NCBI RefSeq assembly: GCF_000297095.1 | Contig: NZ_AEEA01000039.1 | Location: forward strand, 1-28,796 | DNA from: Treponema primitia ZAS-1 | GTDB lineage: Bacteria; Spirochaetota; Spirochaetia; Treponematales; Breznakiellaceae | DNA length: 28,796 bases | Reading direction: 5' to 3' | In this document: one piece after another, positions 7,639 to 15,860 of the stretch | Numbering within the stretch: the stretch's first letter is position 1 | How the letters are laid out: the number at the start of each line of letters is the position of its first letter | The notes under the pieces: model-generated | Seen by the model: the letters and a program-made list of their open reading frames with translations, nothing else | What the model was told of the DNA's origin: nothing | The model's database searches: none | Program-made: the position numbers and the translations under genes

Positions 7639-8793
7639 TTACAGCATCTCAATAAAGGCGGATATACGGGTTTTAAGCTGCTCCGTGTCTCCGGAGGAAT
7701 AATCGGTCTCCAGGCTCATAAAGGGTATGCTGCGGGTCTTAAGAAATTCTCCAATGGTATAGGATTCTATGGCGTAGGTATGGCAGGATTGCAACACCAT
7801 TTCCAGCACCCCGTCGGCCTTGAATTGATCGCAGAGCCGTCCCAGCAGTTCAAGCCGGTTTGGGTTGGGACTCATCACGCTGCATCCTATATTGAGATAG
7901 TAGTCGCAGAGGGCATCGTAGGGGTCGGCGGACTCATCAATCTGCCGATCAAACTGTTTTGCCCCGGTGCAGTTTTCATAGGCCACCACCACAGCCCCGC
8001 TCTCTTCAATGACCCGGGTGAATTTTTCCGTAACTCCCCCTATGGGACAGCCGGTAACAATAATGCGCTTCGCAGCGGCGGGAATTGGATGCCTGCCGTT
8101 TTGGTATTCTTCAGTAATTCTGCTGATGGTCTCTTCCAGTTCCTGTACTTTTTTTTCATGGTCGAATTTGAACTGGGCGCCGAATAGTATCTGAAGCTGC
8201 TGTAAACCAGAGAGGGGGGCGGGGCTCATCACCGATAGTTCATACACTTTTTTTAAAAGAGCGCGTTCCCTGTTCCGTTCCCGTATAGCCTGGTGTAGTT
8301 TTTCTACCGTAATGGTTACGCCGAATTTTTCTTCCACCCTGTTCTTTAAGCGTTTAATTTCTTCCATCCAGATTGCCCGGGAAGCGGGCCTGTCCTGGTT
8401 ATGGGGAAGATCCATCACATGGACATCTTTAATTTTTCCCAAGAGTTCGTACATTTTTGTTTTCCCGTCACAGGTAGTCTCGCCAACCACCAGATCGGAA
8501 AAATACATATAGGGGCATTTATCGGCGGCGGCGAATCCGTAGGAAGCCTTAATGAGGGGGCAGAGGTTGCGGGGGAGGACCTTTTCCGCCTCGCCTATGG
8601 TTTCATCGCTGGTTGAACAAAGACCCACCGGCACAAGACCGACTGCCAAAAAAAGCTCTACCGGCACATAGGTGCAAAAGGTTCCAACCACTCCCTTACC
8701 CTGTTCCTTCAGGTTTTTCATGGCCATAAAACCCTGTTTACGGGCATCAGAAAAGGATTCAAAAATCTCGGGCAGCTCTCTTTGTTCAATCAT
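7639..8793 (-). CDS. 2-hydroxyacyl-CoA dehydratase / BcrC-BadD family protein, single-subunit (double-cubane-cluster-protein-like)
   Basis: 384-aa Cys-rich protein (FCTY, LCSTS, NLCPL, KCPY, TTCDGK, TGCPIGG, SCHTY) paired with a single activase rather than an alpha/beta dehydratase pair. Confidence 0.7.
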   Translation of the reverse strand: MIEQRELPEIFESFSDARKQGFMAMKNLKEQGKGVVGTFCTYVPVELFLAVGLVPVGLCSTSDETIGEAEKVLPRNLCPLIKASYGFAAADKCPYMYFSDLVVGETTCDGKTKMYELLGKIKDVHVMDLPHNQDRPASRAIWMEEIKRLKNRVEEKFGVTITVEKLHQAIRERNRERALLKKVYELSVMSPAPLSGLQQLQILFGAQFKFDHEKKVQELEETISRITEEYQNGRHPIPAAAKRIIVTGCPIGGVTEKFTRVIEESGAVVVAYENCTGAKQFDRQIDESADPYDALCDYYLNIGCSVMSPNPNRLELLGRLCDQFKADGVLEMVLQSCHTYAIESYTIGEFLKTRSIPFMSLETDYSSGDTEQLKTRISAFIEML

Positions 8794-8939
8794 TGTTACA
8801 TTGCTCCCTTTCGGACCGATGGGTTTACATGATTTTTTGATAGACTATCGGGAATAGTACATGCTGTCAAGCCTCGGTGGGGTTTTGTTCAGTTTTGTTC
8901 CATCATGTTTTATTTTTAGACTTTTGGATAGTACGGAAC

Positions 8940-8968
8940 TTTACATAAGCAGTTTTATCCCCTACAAT
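8940..8968 (+). promoter_or_regulatory. Sigma70-like promoter for selAB
   Basis: TTTACA (8940-8945), 17-nt spacer, TACAAT (8963-8968). A second TACAATA copy lies 10 bp downstream at 8973-8979. Confidence 0.45.
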
Positions 8969-8989
8969 ATCTTACAATAAGGAATGATT

Positions 8990-10492
8990 ATGACACTTTC
9001 CGATGCAAACGCTTTGCTGCGGTCCATCCCGGCAATGGATGACCTGCTTAACGCGCCATGGGCCGCCGAATTTTCCAGCTCTCTGGGCAGGGAAAATGTA
9101 AAAAAAATAATAGAAGAGACTCTGGATGAAATAAGGCGTGAAATAGGCGCGGGGAACTCTCCGACTAAAGTCGGCGTTACAAGCGGTGGTGTAAAGGCCG
9201 GCCTGCCGGTGGAAGAGCTTGTGGTGATCCGCGCGACAACCCTGCTCCGTTTAAAATCGTCGAGCACCCTGAAACCAGTGGTCAATGCCACCGGGGTAGT
9301 CATTCACACAAACCTCGGCCGCGCCCCTCTTGCCGATGAAGCGATTGCTGCGGTCAATGAAATAGCGGGAACCTATAGTACCCTGGAATATGATCCCGGA
9401 AAAGGCGGACGGGGTGGGCGCAATGTTCATGTTGAGTGGCTTCTCTGCCGCCTGACCGGTGCAGAAGCGGCGCTGGTGGTCAACAACAATGCTGCCGCAG
9501 TTCTCTTGGCGCTGTCGGCGACAGCCTCCGGCCGGGAGCTCATCGTCTCCTCCGGGGAACTCGTTGAAATAGGCGACTCCTTCAGAATCCCGGAAATACT
9601 TTCCTTTTCGGGTGCGAAAATGATCGCGGTGGGCTGCACCAATTCTACGCGCATAAGCGACTACCGCAATGCAATCACGGAAAACACCGCTGTGCTGCTT
9701 AAAGTACACCCTTCAAACTACAGGATAGAGGGTTTTGTCAAAACCACGGCCCGCGAAGAACTGGCGGAACTCGCCGCTGAGCGGGGACTGGTGTTTATGG
9801 AGGATCTCGGCAGCGGACTCCTCGGCCTACTTGGGGTGCCCGGTCCGCTTGGAGCGGATTTGGCAAACCGGGAATGTTCAGTCCGGAATTGTCTGGAAGC
9901 AGGCTCCGGCATCGTAACGTTTTCCGGGGACAAATTGCTCGGCGGCCCTCAGATTGGGGTGATTGCCGGGTCAAAGAAGCTTATAGACAAGATGAAGTCC
10001 CACCAACTGCTCCGGGCCCTGCGGGTAGATAAAATGACCCTGGCGGCTTTCGAGGCGACTCTCCGGCTCCATCTCTCGGGCAGGCAGGGAAGCATACCGG
10101 TAATCGGGATGATCGAAACGGACAAACCCGCCCTTCTCGAAATGGCCCGCCGTCTCTGCCGCATGTTGAAACGTACCGCTGCTTGCAACGCAGTTCCCCG
10201 CACAGTAAATCCTGGCGCCGGCGATTTCACCATTGCTGTCGTGGAGACGGAAGACGCCATAGGGGGCGGCTCTTTCCCCACCGACCTGCTTCCCGGTTTC
10301 GGTGTGGCCATAAGCTCGCCTTCATTCAGCGCAGAAACATTGGCGGCGGGACTGCGGACCGCATTTGTCCCGGTGATCCCGGCTATCCGTGAAGGTCGGG
10401 TGATCCTCCACGTCCGTACCCTTTTGCCCGGGGATGAGAAATTAATTGCCGCCTCATTCGTGTCTGCCCTTAGCAGGGATGTGGCTGGGTAA
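8990..10492 (+). CDS. selA: L-seryl-tRNA(Sec) selenium transferase
   Basis: VIHTNLGRAPL and the PLP-lysine motif FSGDKLLGGPQ. The ORF opens at the ATG at 8984, but the ATG at 8990 has better spacing from AAGGA, so the start is ambiguous by 2 codons. Confidence 0.9.
   Translation: MTLSDANALLRSIPAMDDLLNAPWAAEFSSSLGRENVKKIIEETLDEIRREIGAGNSPTKVGVTSGGVKAGLPVEELVVIRATTLLRLKSSSTLKPVVNATGVVIHTNLGRAPLADEAIAAVNEIAGTYSTLEYDPGKGGRGGRNVHVEWLLCRLTGAEAALVVNNNAAAVLLALSATASGRELIVSSGELVEIGDSFRIPEILSFSGAKMIAVGCTNSTRISDYRNAITENTAVLLKVHPSNYRIEGFVKTTAREELAELAAERGLVFMEDLGSGLLGLLGVPGPLGADLANRECSVRNCLEAGSGIVTFSGDKLLGGPQIGVIAGSKKLIDKMKSHQLLRALRVDKMTLAAFEATLRLHLSGRQGSIPVIGMIETDKPALLEMARRLCRMLKRTAACNAVPRTVNPGAGDFTIAVVETEDAIGGGSFPTDLLPGFGVAISSPSFSAETLAAGLRTAFVPVIPAIREGRVILHVRTLLPGDEKLIAASFVSALSRDVAG
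9146..9178 (+). repeat. 33-bp codon-aligned repeat copy A, encoding GAGNSPTKVGV inside selA
   Basis: GGCGCGGGGAACTCTCCGACTAAAGTCGGCGTT is identical to the reverse complement of 13117-13149. It contains the small palindrome CCGAC-TAAA-GTCGG. Confidence 0.95.
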
Positions 10493-10493
10493 G

Positions 10494-12452
10494 ATGGAGG
10501 AGTATCCTTTCATATTGGGGACAGCCGGGCATATCGACCATGGCAAAACAGCCCTTGTGCGCGCCATGACCGGCATTGACTGTGACCGCCTTGATGAAGA
10601 AAAACGCCGGGGTATAACCATCGAACTCGGATTTGCCCCCTTGAATTTGCCCAACGGTAAGACCGTCAGCATCGTTGATGTTCCCGGACACGAACGCTTC
10701 ATACGGACAATGGCCGCAGGCGCCGCCGGCATGGATGCCGCCATGCTGGTAATAGCGGCAACCGAAGGGGTCATGCCCCAGACCAGGGAGCATCTTGATA
10801 TTCTGAATATTCTTGGAGTTAGATTCGGCCTCGTGGCGTTGACAAAGAAAGATTTGGCGGATGATGAAACCCTTGAACTGGCAACTGCGGAGGTGGTCGA
10901 ATTAACCCGGGGGACCTGTCTTGATGGAGCGCCGATCATACCGGTTTCATCGGTAACGGGCGAAGGTGTTTCACGCATCGTGGAGGAAATAGAAAAGATA
11001 ATTGATAAAATACCCCCCAGAGATGGCCGGGGCGCATTTTTCCTCCCCATTGACCGGGTCTTCAGCAAAAAAGGCTTCGGAAGCGTGGTAACCGGGACAT
11101 CCTATCAGGGGAGTATTTCCGAGGGCGATGAAGTGGAAATAATGCCTTCAGGTGTGGGAGGAAGGGTGCGTTCCCTCCAGACACATGGAGCGAAAGTCAG
11201 TTCCGCTACCGCTGGGCAGCGGGTAGCCGTTAACCTGGCCGGCATTTCCCATGACCAAATAGAGCGGGGAGCCGCGGTCTGCGAAAAAGGGGCTTTCGTT
11301 GCCACCGACTGCATAAGCGCATGGCTTGATATATTGCCTTCCGCGCATGAAGGCGTGGCCCACTGGCAGCGGGTACGGTTCCATGTGGGGACAACTGATG
11401 TGGTCGCCAGAATATCGCTTCTGCGATTGAACGCTGATATGAAAAAATCAGGCATACTTCCGGGAAACAGCGGACCGGTGCAGCTTTTGTGCGAATCAAA
11501 AATAACGGTTGCAGCCGGACAAAGGTTTGTGATACGTTTTTACAGCCCCCTCATTACCATAGGCGGCGGGCGGGTTATGCTGCCCAACGCCGAACTGGCG
11601 CGGGGCAAAGCGGATCGGGAAGCTAAAGCCAGGATAGTTGAAGGCCTTGCCGCCGACTTCAGCCCCGTCACCCTGCTTGCGGCAATTATCCATGATAAAG
11701 GAATTCTCAGCGTATCCGGCCTATCCGAGCTTTCCCAGATGGGCAAGGACCCCTTTACTGAGTCTTTAAGCGTACTGTCCTCAACACCGGACACATACGG
11801 ATTTTTGGAATTCGGGACCCCGCAGAATTTTATCTCCAGCGAAGCCTTCGACACGGTAACCCGATCAGCCCTGCGTATTCTCCATGAGTTCCATACAAAA
11901 TCCCCCGAACTCTCCGGGCTGGATGCAGAAAAACTATTTACATCCCTGGATAGCGTTCACGGCTCAGGCCTGGTTAAAGTCGGGGATTTCAAAGTCCTCA
12001 TCGACATAATGGCGGCAAGAAATGCTATAACCCCGGTCGCCGTGCAGGGGAAAACCTGTTACCGGGCGGCGGATTACCGCCAATCCGTGGATAGCAAATT
12101 GATGGATCTTGCGGGACGTATCAGGGATGAGATCGCATCTGCGGGCTTCAATCTTTTAAAACTGCCGGAACTGGAAGAAAAACTGGGCGCCACATCTTCC
12201 GATATGAAACGAGCGGCAGCATATCTGCGGGAACAAGACGATCTCAGGACGATAGAAGGGGGTCTGCTGTTTTCCCGGGAGATGCGGGATAAACTGCTTA
12301 AGGCGCTTTCTTCGATGAGCGGCGATATAACGGTTGCTTCTTTACGGGATTCCATCGGTGTGAATAGGAAAGAAAGCCTCGCGATGCTGGACTTTCTGGA
12401 CTCCCAGGGATTGACGAAGCGGGTCGGGGATACGCGGGTGCTTGTGGGGTAG
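10494..12452 (+). CDS. selB: Selenocysteine-specific translation elongation factor
   Basis: GTPase motifs GTAGHIDHGKT, DVPGHERF and TKKD, with a long C-terminal winged-helix-type extension. The ATG is 1 nt after the selA stop; the longer ORF start at 10446 lies inside selA. Confidence 0.9.
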   Translation: MEEYPFILGTAGHIDHGKTALVRAMTGIDCDRLDEEKRRGITIELGFAPLNLPNGKTVSIVDVPGHERFIRTMAAGAAGMDAAMLVIAATEGVMPQTREHLDILNILGVRFGLVALTKKDLADDETLELATAEVVELTRGTCLDGAPIIPVSSVTGEGVSRIVEEIEKIIDKIPPRDGRGAFFLPIDRVFSKKGFGSVVTGTSYQGSISEGDEVEIMPSGVGGRVRSLQTHGAKVSSATAGQRVAVNLAGISHDQIERGAAVCEKGAFVATDCISAWLDILPSAHEGVAHWQRVRFHVGTTDVVARISLLRLNADMKKSGILPGNSGPVQLLCESKITVAAGQRFVIRFYSPLITIGGGRVMLPNAELARGKADREAKARIVEGLAADFSPVTLLAAIIHDKGILSVSGLSELSQMGKDPFTESLSVLSSTPDTYGFLEFGTPQNFISSEAFDTVTRSALRILHEFHTKSPELSGLDAEKLFTSLDSVHGSGLVKVGDFKVLIDIMAARNAITPVAVQGKTCYRAADYRQSVDSKLMDLAGRIRDEIASAGFNLLKLPELEEKLGATSSDMKRAAAYLREQDDLRTIEGGLLFSREMRDKLLKALSSMSGDITVASLRDSIGVNRKESLAMLDFLDSQGLTKRVGDTRVLVG

Positions 12453-12540
12453 ATCGAATCTGATAGCTGGCCATTTACACAAAATTTCTGATAGTCCTAA
12501 TATCCCGCTGTTGTAATCCGTGGGAAAGTTTAACCTTCCC

Positions 12541-13710
12541 CTACACCCCATCCAGCGCCTCAAGTATCGCGTCAATATCCCCGTTGCTTGTTCTGCTCCC
12601 AAAGCTGAAGCGGATCGTCCCCCCCGGAAATGTTCCGGCGGTCCGGTGTGCCAAGGGTGAGCAGTGCAGCCCGCTGCGGGTAATTATGCTGTGGTTCTCA
12701 AACAGAAACCGTGAGACCTCTCCGGCATCGTGTCCTGGGATAGCAACTGAAACGACGGATACGCAGCGATCCGGATCAAGGGTCCCGCAGACGGCAATCT
12801 TTTTTATTTGTCCCAGCCCCGCTATAAAACGCGCCGTGGAAGCGCGTTCACGCTCCCGTATCGTTTCAACTCCTGTGCGCAAAATCTCCTCCACCGATGC
12901 GGCAAGGCTTAAGATGCCTATGGTGTTTTGTGTACCCGGCTCGAACTTGTCCGGCATGAACTCAGGCATGTCCAAGGATTGGGACACGCTGCCGGTACCG
13001 CCGCTTATCCATGGTCGCATCTGCCCTGCAGCCGCTTCTCCAATGACAAACCCTCCTGTGCCCGCAAGGCCCCGCAGCCCCTTATGGCCCGCAAACGCAA
13101 CAACATCGCTATTTGCAACGCCGACTTTAGTCGGAGAGTTCCCCGCGCCGTAATCTTCCATGGTAAACGGTAGGACGCCACCGGTCTGGGCCATGTCCAG
13201 GATGGTCAGGACGCCGTATTCATGGGCAATCCTAAAACATTCCGTTACGGGTAATATCGTACCAAGGACATTTGACGCATGGGTCATGACGAGCAGTCTT
13301 GTGTTTTTCCGTATTGCACCGCGGATTTTTTCAGGGTCCAGTGAACCATCCGGATCGCATTGGAGCCACTCAAGTTCTATCACACCATTTTTGCGGAGCG
13401 CTTCAAGTGGGCGGGCCGCCGCGTTGTGTTCCACGCTCGTGGACAGCACGTGATCCCCCTCTCTGACAAGGCCGTTTATAGCCATGTTCAGGGATTGTGT
13501 GGCGCCGCTGGTGAATATCACCCGCAGGGGATCGGCTACCCCAAGGAGCTTTGCTACAGCCCTACGGGCCCTCAGGGCAATGGCCCCTGCCTCCAGGCCT
13601 TCAAAATTCCGTCCGGCGTTGAGATGCGTCTCCCCTAAATATCCGTGCAGTTCTTGAACTACCACCGGGGATAATGCAGGAGAAGTGGCGGCGTAATTTG
13701 CGTATATCAT
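12541..13710 (-). CDS. Class-V aminotransferase-fold cysteine desulfurase / probable selenocysteine lyase
   Basis: PLP-lysine context AFAGHKGLRGLAGTGG and catalytic-Cys loop RSGLHCSPLAH. It is the last gene of the selC-DUF3343-selD-yedF string. Confidence 0.8.
   Translation of the reverse strand: MIYANYAATSPALSPVVVQELHGYLGETHLNAGRNFEGLEAGAIALRARRAVAKLLGVADPLRVIFTSGATQSLNMAINGLVREGDHVLSTSVEHNAAARPLEALRKNGVIELEWLQCDPDGSLDPEKIRGAIRKNTRLLVMTHASNVLGTILPVTECFRIAHEYGVLTILDMAQTGGVLPFTMEDYGAGNSPTKVGVANSDVVAFAGHKGLRGLAGTGGFVIGEAAAGQMRPWISGGTGSVSQSLDMPEFMPDKFEPGTQNTIGILSLAASVEEILRTGVETIRERERASTARFIAGLGQIKKIAVCGTLDPDRCVSVVSVAIPGHDAGEVSRFLFENHSIITRSGLHCSPLAHRTAGTFPGGTIRFSFGSRTSNGDIDAILEALDGV
13117..13149 (-). 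repeat. 33-bp codon-aligned repeat copy B, encoding GAGNSPTKVGV inside the desulfurase gene
   Basis: The reverse complement is identical to 9146-9178. It is in-frame on the coding (-) strand, just upstream of the PLP-lysine region. Confidence 0.95.
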
Positions 13711-13717
13711 ATCACAA

Positions 13718-14341
13718 TTATAGTGTGATAACCCCGGACGCCTTTGCCAGGGTGTTTGTTATTTTCATCATGTCAACGATACTTCCTACGGCGAGGGATT
13801 CGGTCAACTTATAGTAATTGGCGCAGGTACCGCAGGTATATACTTCCGTGCCTTTTTCCTGGAGAACTTTTAGATCAGGCACGGTGTTTGCCCCTTCGGT
13901 GGTGAGATGTGCACCGCCATTCAAAAATATAACCGCTTCCGGCAGGGGATTTAATTGGGTCAGGGAAAATATGAAACCCTTGATGAGCAGTTTCCCAAGA
14001 TCCTCCGCCCCCCTGCCCATGCTGTCCGCAGTGATGAGAACCACCGGCCCCTTCTTCACGCTCCCCACAGCGGGCGCATCAGATGCAGTTGCGGGAGCTT
14101 CCGGGGGCTCGTTAAAAGCCTTGTTGGGGTCCTTGAGGATAGTCACCTTATAGAGCGATGCCCCCTCCTCGGTGTACGAAAAACCGCAGTCTGTTCCTTT
14201 AGCCATCTTCTCAAGGTTCTGCACCGCAACAAAATTGTCTACCAAAACCACCACACCATCCGCGCCCGGTTCGGCAAGGGCTTTCTTGGCGTTTACCACA
14301 GGAATCGGGCAGGGATTTCCCTGCATATCCAATGTTTTCAT
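13718..14341 (-). CDS. yedF: Selenium metabolism protein YedF (TusA/SirA-like N-domain + DsrE-like C-domain)
   Basis: N-terminal MQGNPCPIPV (the TusA-type CP motif). About 200 aa, with a C-terminal region carrying CGTC. It lies between selD and the desulfurase gene. Confidence 0.75.
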   Translation of the reverse strand: MKTLDMQGNPCPIPVVNAKKALAEPGADGVVVLVDNFVAVQNLEKMAKGTDCGFSYTEEGASLYKVTILKDPNKAFNEPPEAPATASDAPAVGSVKKGPVVLITADSMGRGAEDLGKLLIKGFIFSLTQLNPLPEAVIFLNGGAHLTTEGANTVPDLKVLQEKGTEVYTCGTCANYYKLTESLAVGSIVDMMKITNTLAKASGVITL

Positions 14342-14374
14342 ATATAACTCCTATTTAGTGCAAGGATCTTCACC

Positions 14375-15439
14375 TTATCTGAATAGTATCACCTTTCCCG
14401 CCCTCGGCGCAACTTCCCCTATGATTGCGGCGTGTTCATCCCCGGCTTCCCTGATGCGGGCAGTAAGCGTCTCTGCCTCGTCGGGGGGCACGGCTATCAA
14501 AAGTCCTCCGGATGTCTGGGGATCGAATAACAGTTCCTGGGTGGCAAAGGGGAGCGCGCTTACATCGGCGTATTTGCTTCCACGGTTGCGGTTACGCTGG
14601 CCCGCGGCGGTCAGCAGATATTCGTTTGCATAGGTTACTGCCTCCGGGATAAGGGGCAAGGCATCGGGGTACAGTAGTATTGCCGCCTGATCCCCCGCCA
14701 TCTCCAGGGCATGGACAAGCAGCCCGAAACCGGTAACATCCGTACAGGCGCTTACGTTAAAACCCGCCATGCTCTCACAGGCATAGCGGTTGAGCCGCTC
14801 CATGGAGGCTATGGCCTGCCGAACCGCCCCCTCACCGGCCATCTCAACCCGCAGAGCAGCCATCACAATCCCTACGCCCAGGGGTTTGGTCAATATTATT
14901 TTATGCCCAATCTTTGGGGTGTTGTTGCGTATCACCTTTGCTGTCTCGACCATGCCGGTGACGGCCAGCCCATACTTTGGCTCCCTGTCGTATATAGAGT
15001 GTCCACCGCCCAAGACGGCCCCTGCCTCTGCGATTTTCTCCGCACCTCCAGCCAGTATATCTGCGAGGACACTTTTCTCCATGGCCTCGGGAAAACATAC
15101 CAGGTTCAGCGCCACCATGGGTTTGCCGCCCATGGCCCATACATCGCTCAAGGCGTTTGCGGCAGCGATACGCCCAAAGGTACGGGCATCGTCGACCATA
15201 GGGGGGAAAAAGTCCGCAGTAAAGATAAGCGAGTTTTTCTCATCAAGCATATAAACTGCGGCATCATCGGAAGTGTCGTAGCCGACCAGCAGTCGTTTGT
15301 CGCCGCTTGCAGGCAGCCCCGCCAACAGGCGGGCAAGCCCATCGCTTTCTATCTTCGCCCCGCATCCACCGCTTGTGCAGGAGGACAGTAGTCCTTTTGA
15401 CAGCAGGGACTCAGTGTTCTTACCCATCCCTTCCTCCAT
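14375..15439 (-). CDS. selD: Selenide, water dikinase (selenophosphate synthetase), Cys-type
   Basis: N-terminal glycine-rich loop TSGGCGAKI, with Cys rather than Sec at the catalytic position, and a PurM-like body. The start could instead be the ATG at 15427 (MGKNTE). Confidence 0.9.
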   Translation of the reverse strand: MEEGMGKNTESLLSKGLLSSCTSGGCGAKIESDGLARLLAGLPASGDKRLLVGYDTSDDAAVYMLDEKNSLIFTADFFPPMVDDARTFGRIAAANALSDVWAMGGKPMVALNLVCFPEAMEKSVLADILAGGAEKIAEAGAVLGGGHSIYDREPKYGLAVTGMVETAKVIRNNTPKIGHKIILTKPLGVGIVMAALRVEMAGEGAVRQAIASMERLNRYACESMAGFNVSACTDVTGFGLLVHALEMAGDQAAILLYPDALPLIPEAVTYANEYLLTAAGQRNRNRGSKYADVSALPFATQELLFDPQTSGGLLIAVPPDEAETLTARIREAGDEHAAIIGEVAPRAGKVILFR

Positions 15440-15707
15440 CCGCCCCGTTTATACCGATCTTCCTGTATCCATCCCCGGATTTCTCCCAGGCCTCTTTTAT
15501 AGCAAGTCCCCGCTCCGACAGAAACGAGGCGGCCCGTTCCAGATCTTCCGGTACAAACCTGAGGCAAAAACCGCATCCCGTTCGTATGCCCGCAGGCATG
15601 GGCATGACCCGGACATAAAACCCCTGCTCCACCAACGCCTGCTCCGCCATAATGGCCTGGGTGACACTATCGAAACCGATGATTAGTTCTTTGCTGTTAC
15701 TTTCCAT
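15420..15707 (-). CDS. DUF3343-like small protein (putative Se/S carrier)
   Basis: 95 aa counted from MESNSKELIIGFDS, with a conserved-looking GCGFCLRF. The listed ORF extends to 15893, but that extension runs through the tRNA-Sec gene, so I trimmed the start to the ATG at 15705-15707. Confidence 0.65.
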   Translation of the reverse strand: MESNSKELIIGFDSVTQAIMAEQALVEQGFYVRVMPMPAGIRTGCGFCLRFVPEDLERAASFLSERGLAIKEAWEKSGDGYRKIGINGADGGRDG

Positions 15708-15758
15708 GCGAGCTGCTATCGTACGGGGTAATGGGCTGCGCTTTTGACAACAAAAAAA

Positions 15759-15852
15759 TGGCGGAGGCGTGTGAGAATCGAACTCACCAAGGACGTTTCC
15801 ACCCTTTGACGGATTTGAAGTCCGCAGCCGCCACCAGGCGACATTCACCTCC
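15759..15852 (-). tRNA. selC: tRNA-Sec (anticodon UCA)
   Basis: The 94-nt reverse complement is GGAGGTGAATGTCGCCTGGTGGCGGCTGCGGACTTCAAATCCGTCAAAGGGTGGAAACGTCCTTGGTGAGTTCGATTCTCACACGCCTCCGCCA. It has a long acceptor stem, a 6-bp D-stem with 4-nt loop (GTCGCC-TGGT-GGCGGC), anticodon loop CTTCAAA, a long variable arm, T-arm GTGAG-TTCGATT-CTCAC, and an encoded CCA. Confidence 0.9.
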
Positions 15853-15860
15853 ACAGAATA

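Noticed and set aside
9146-9178. The 33-bp shared segment as a SECIS-like SelB-binding element, by analogy with selAB autoregulation in E. coli.
   Set aside because: No UGA precedes either copy. The hairpin has only 5 bp (CCGAC/GTCGG) with a UAAA loop and does not resemble the fdhF SECIS at 17934-17950. The idea is kept only as a generic shared-recognition-site possibility.
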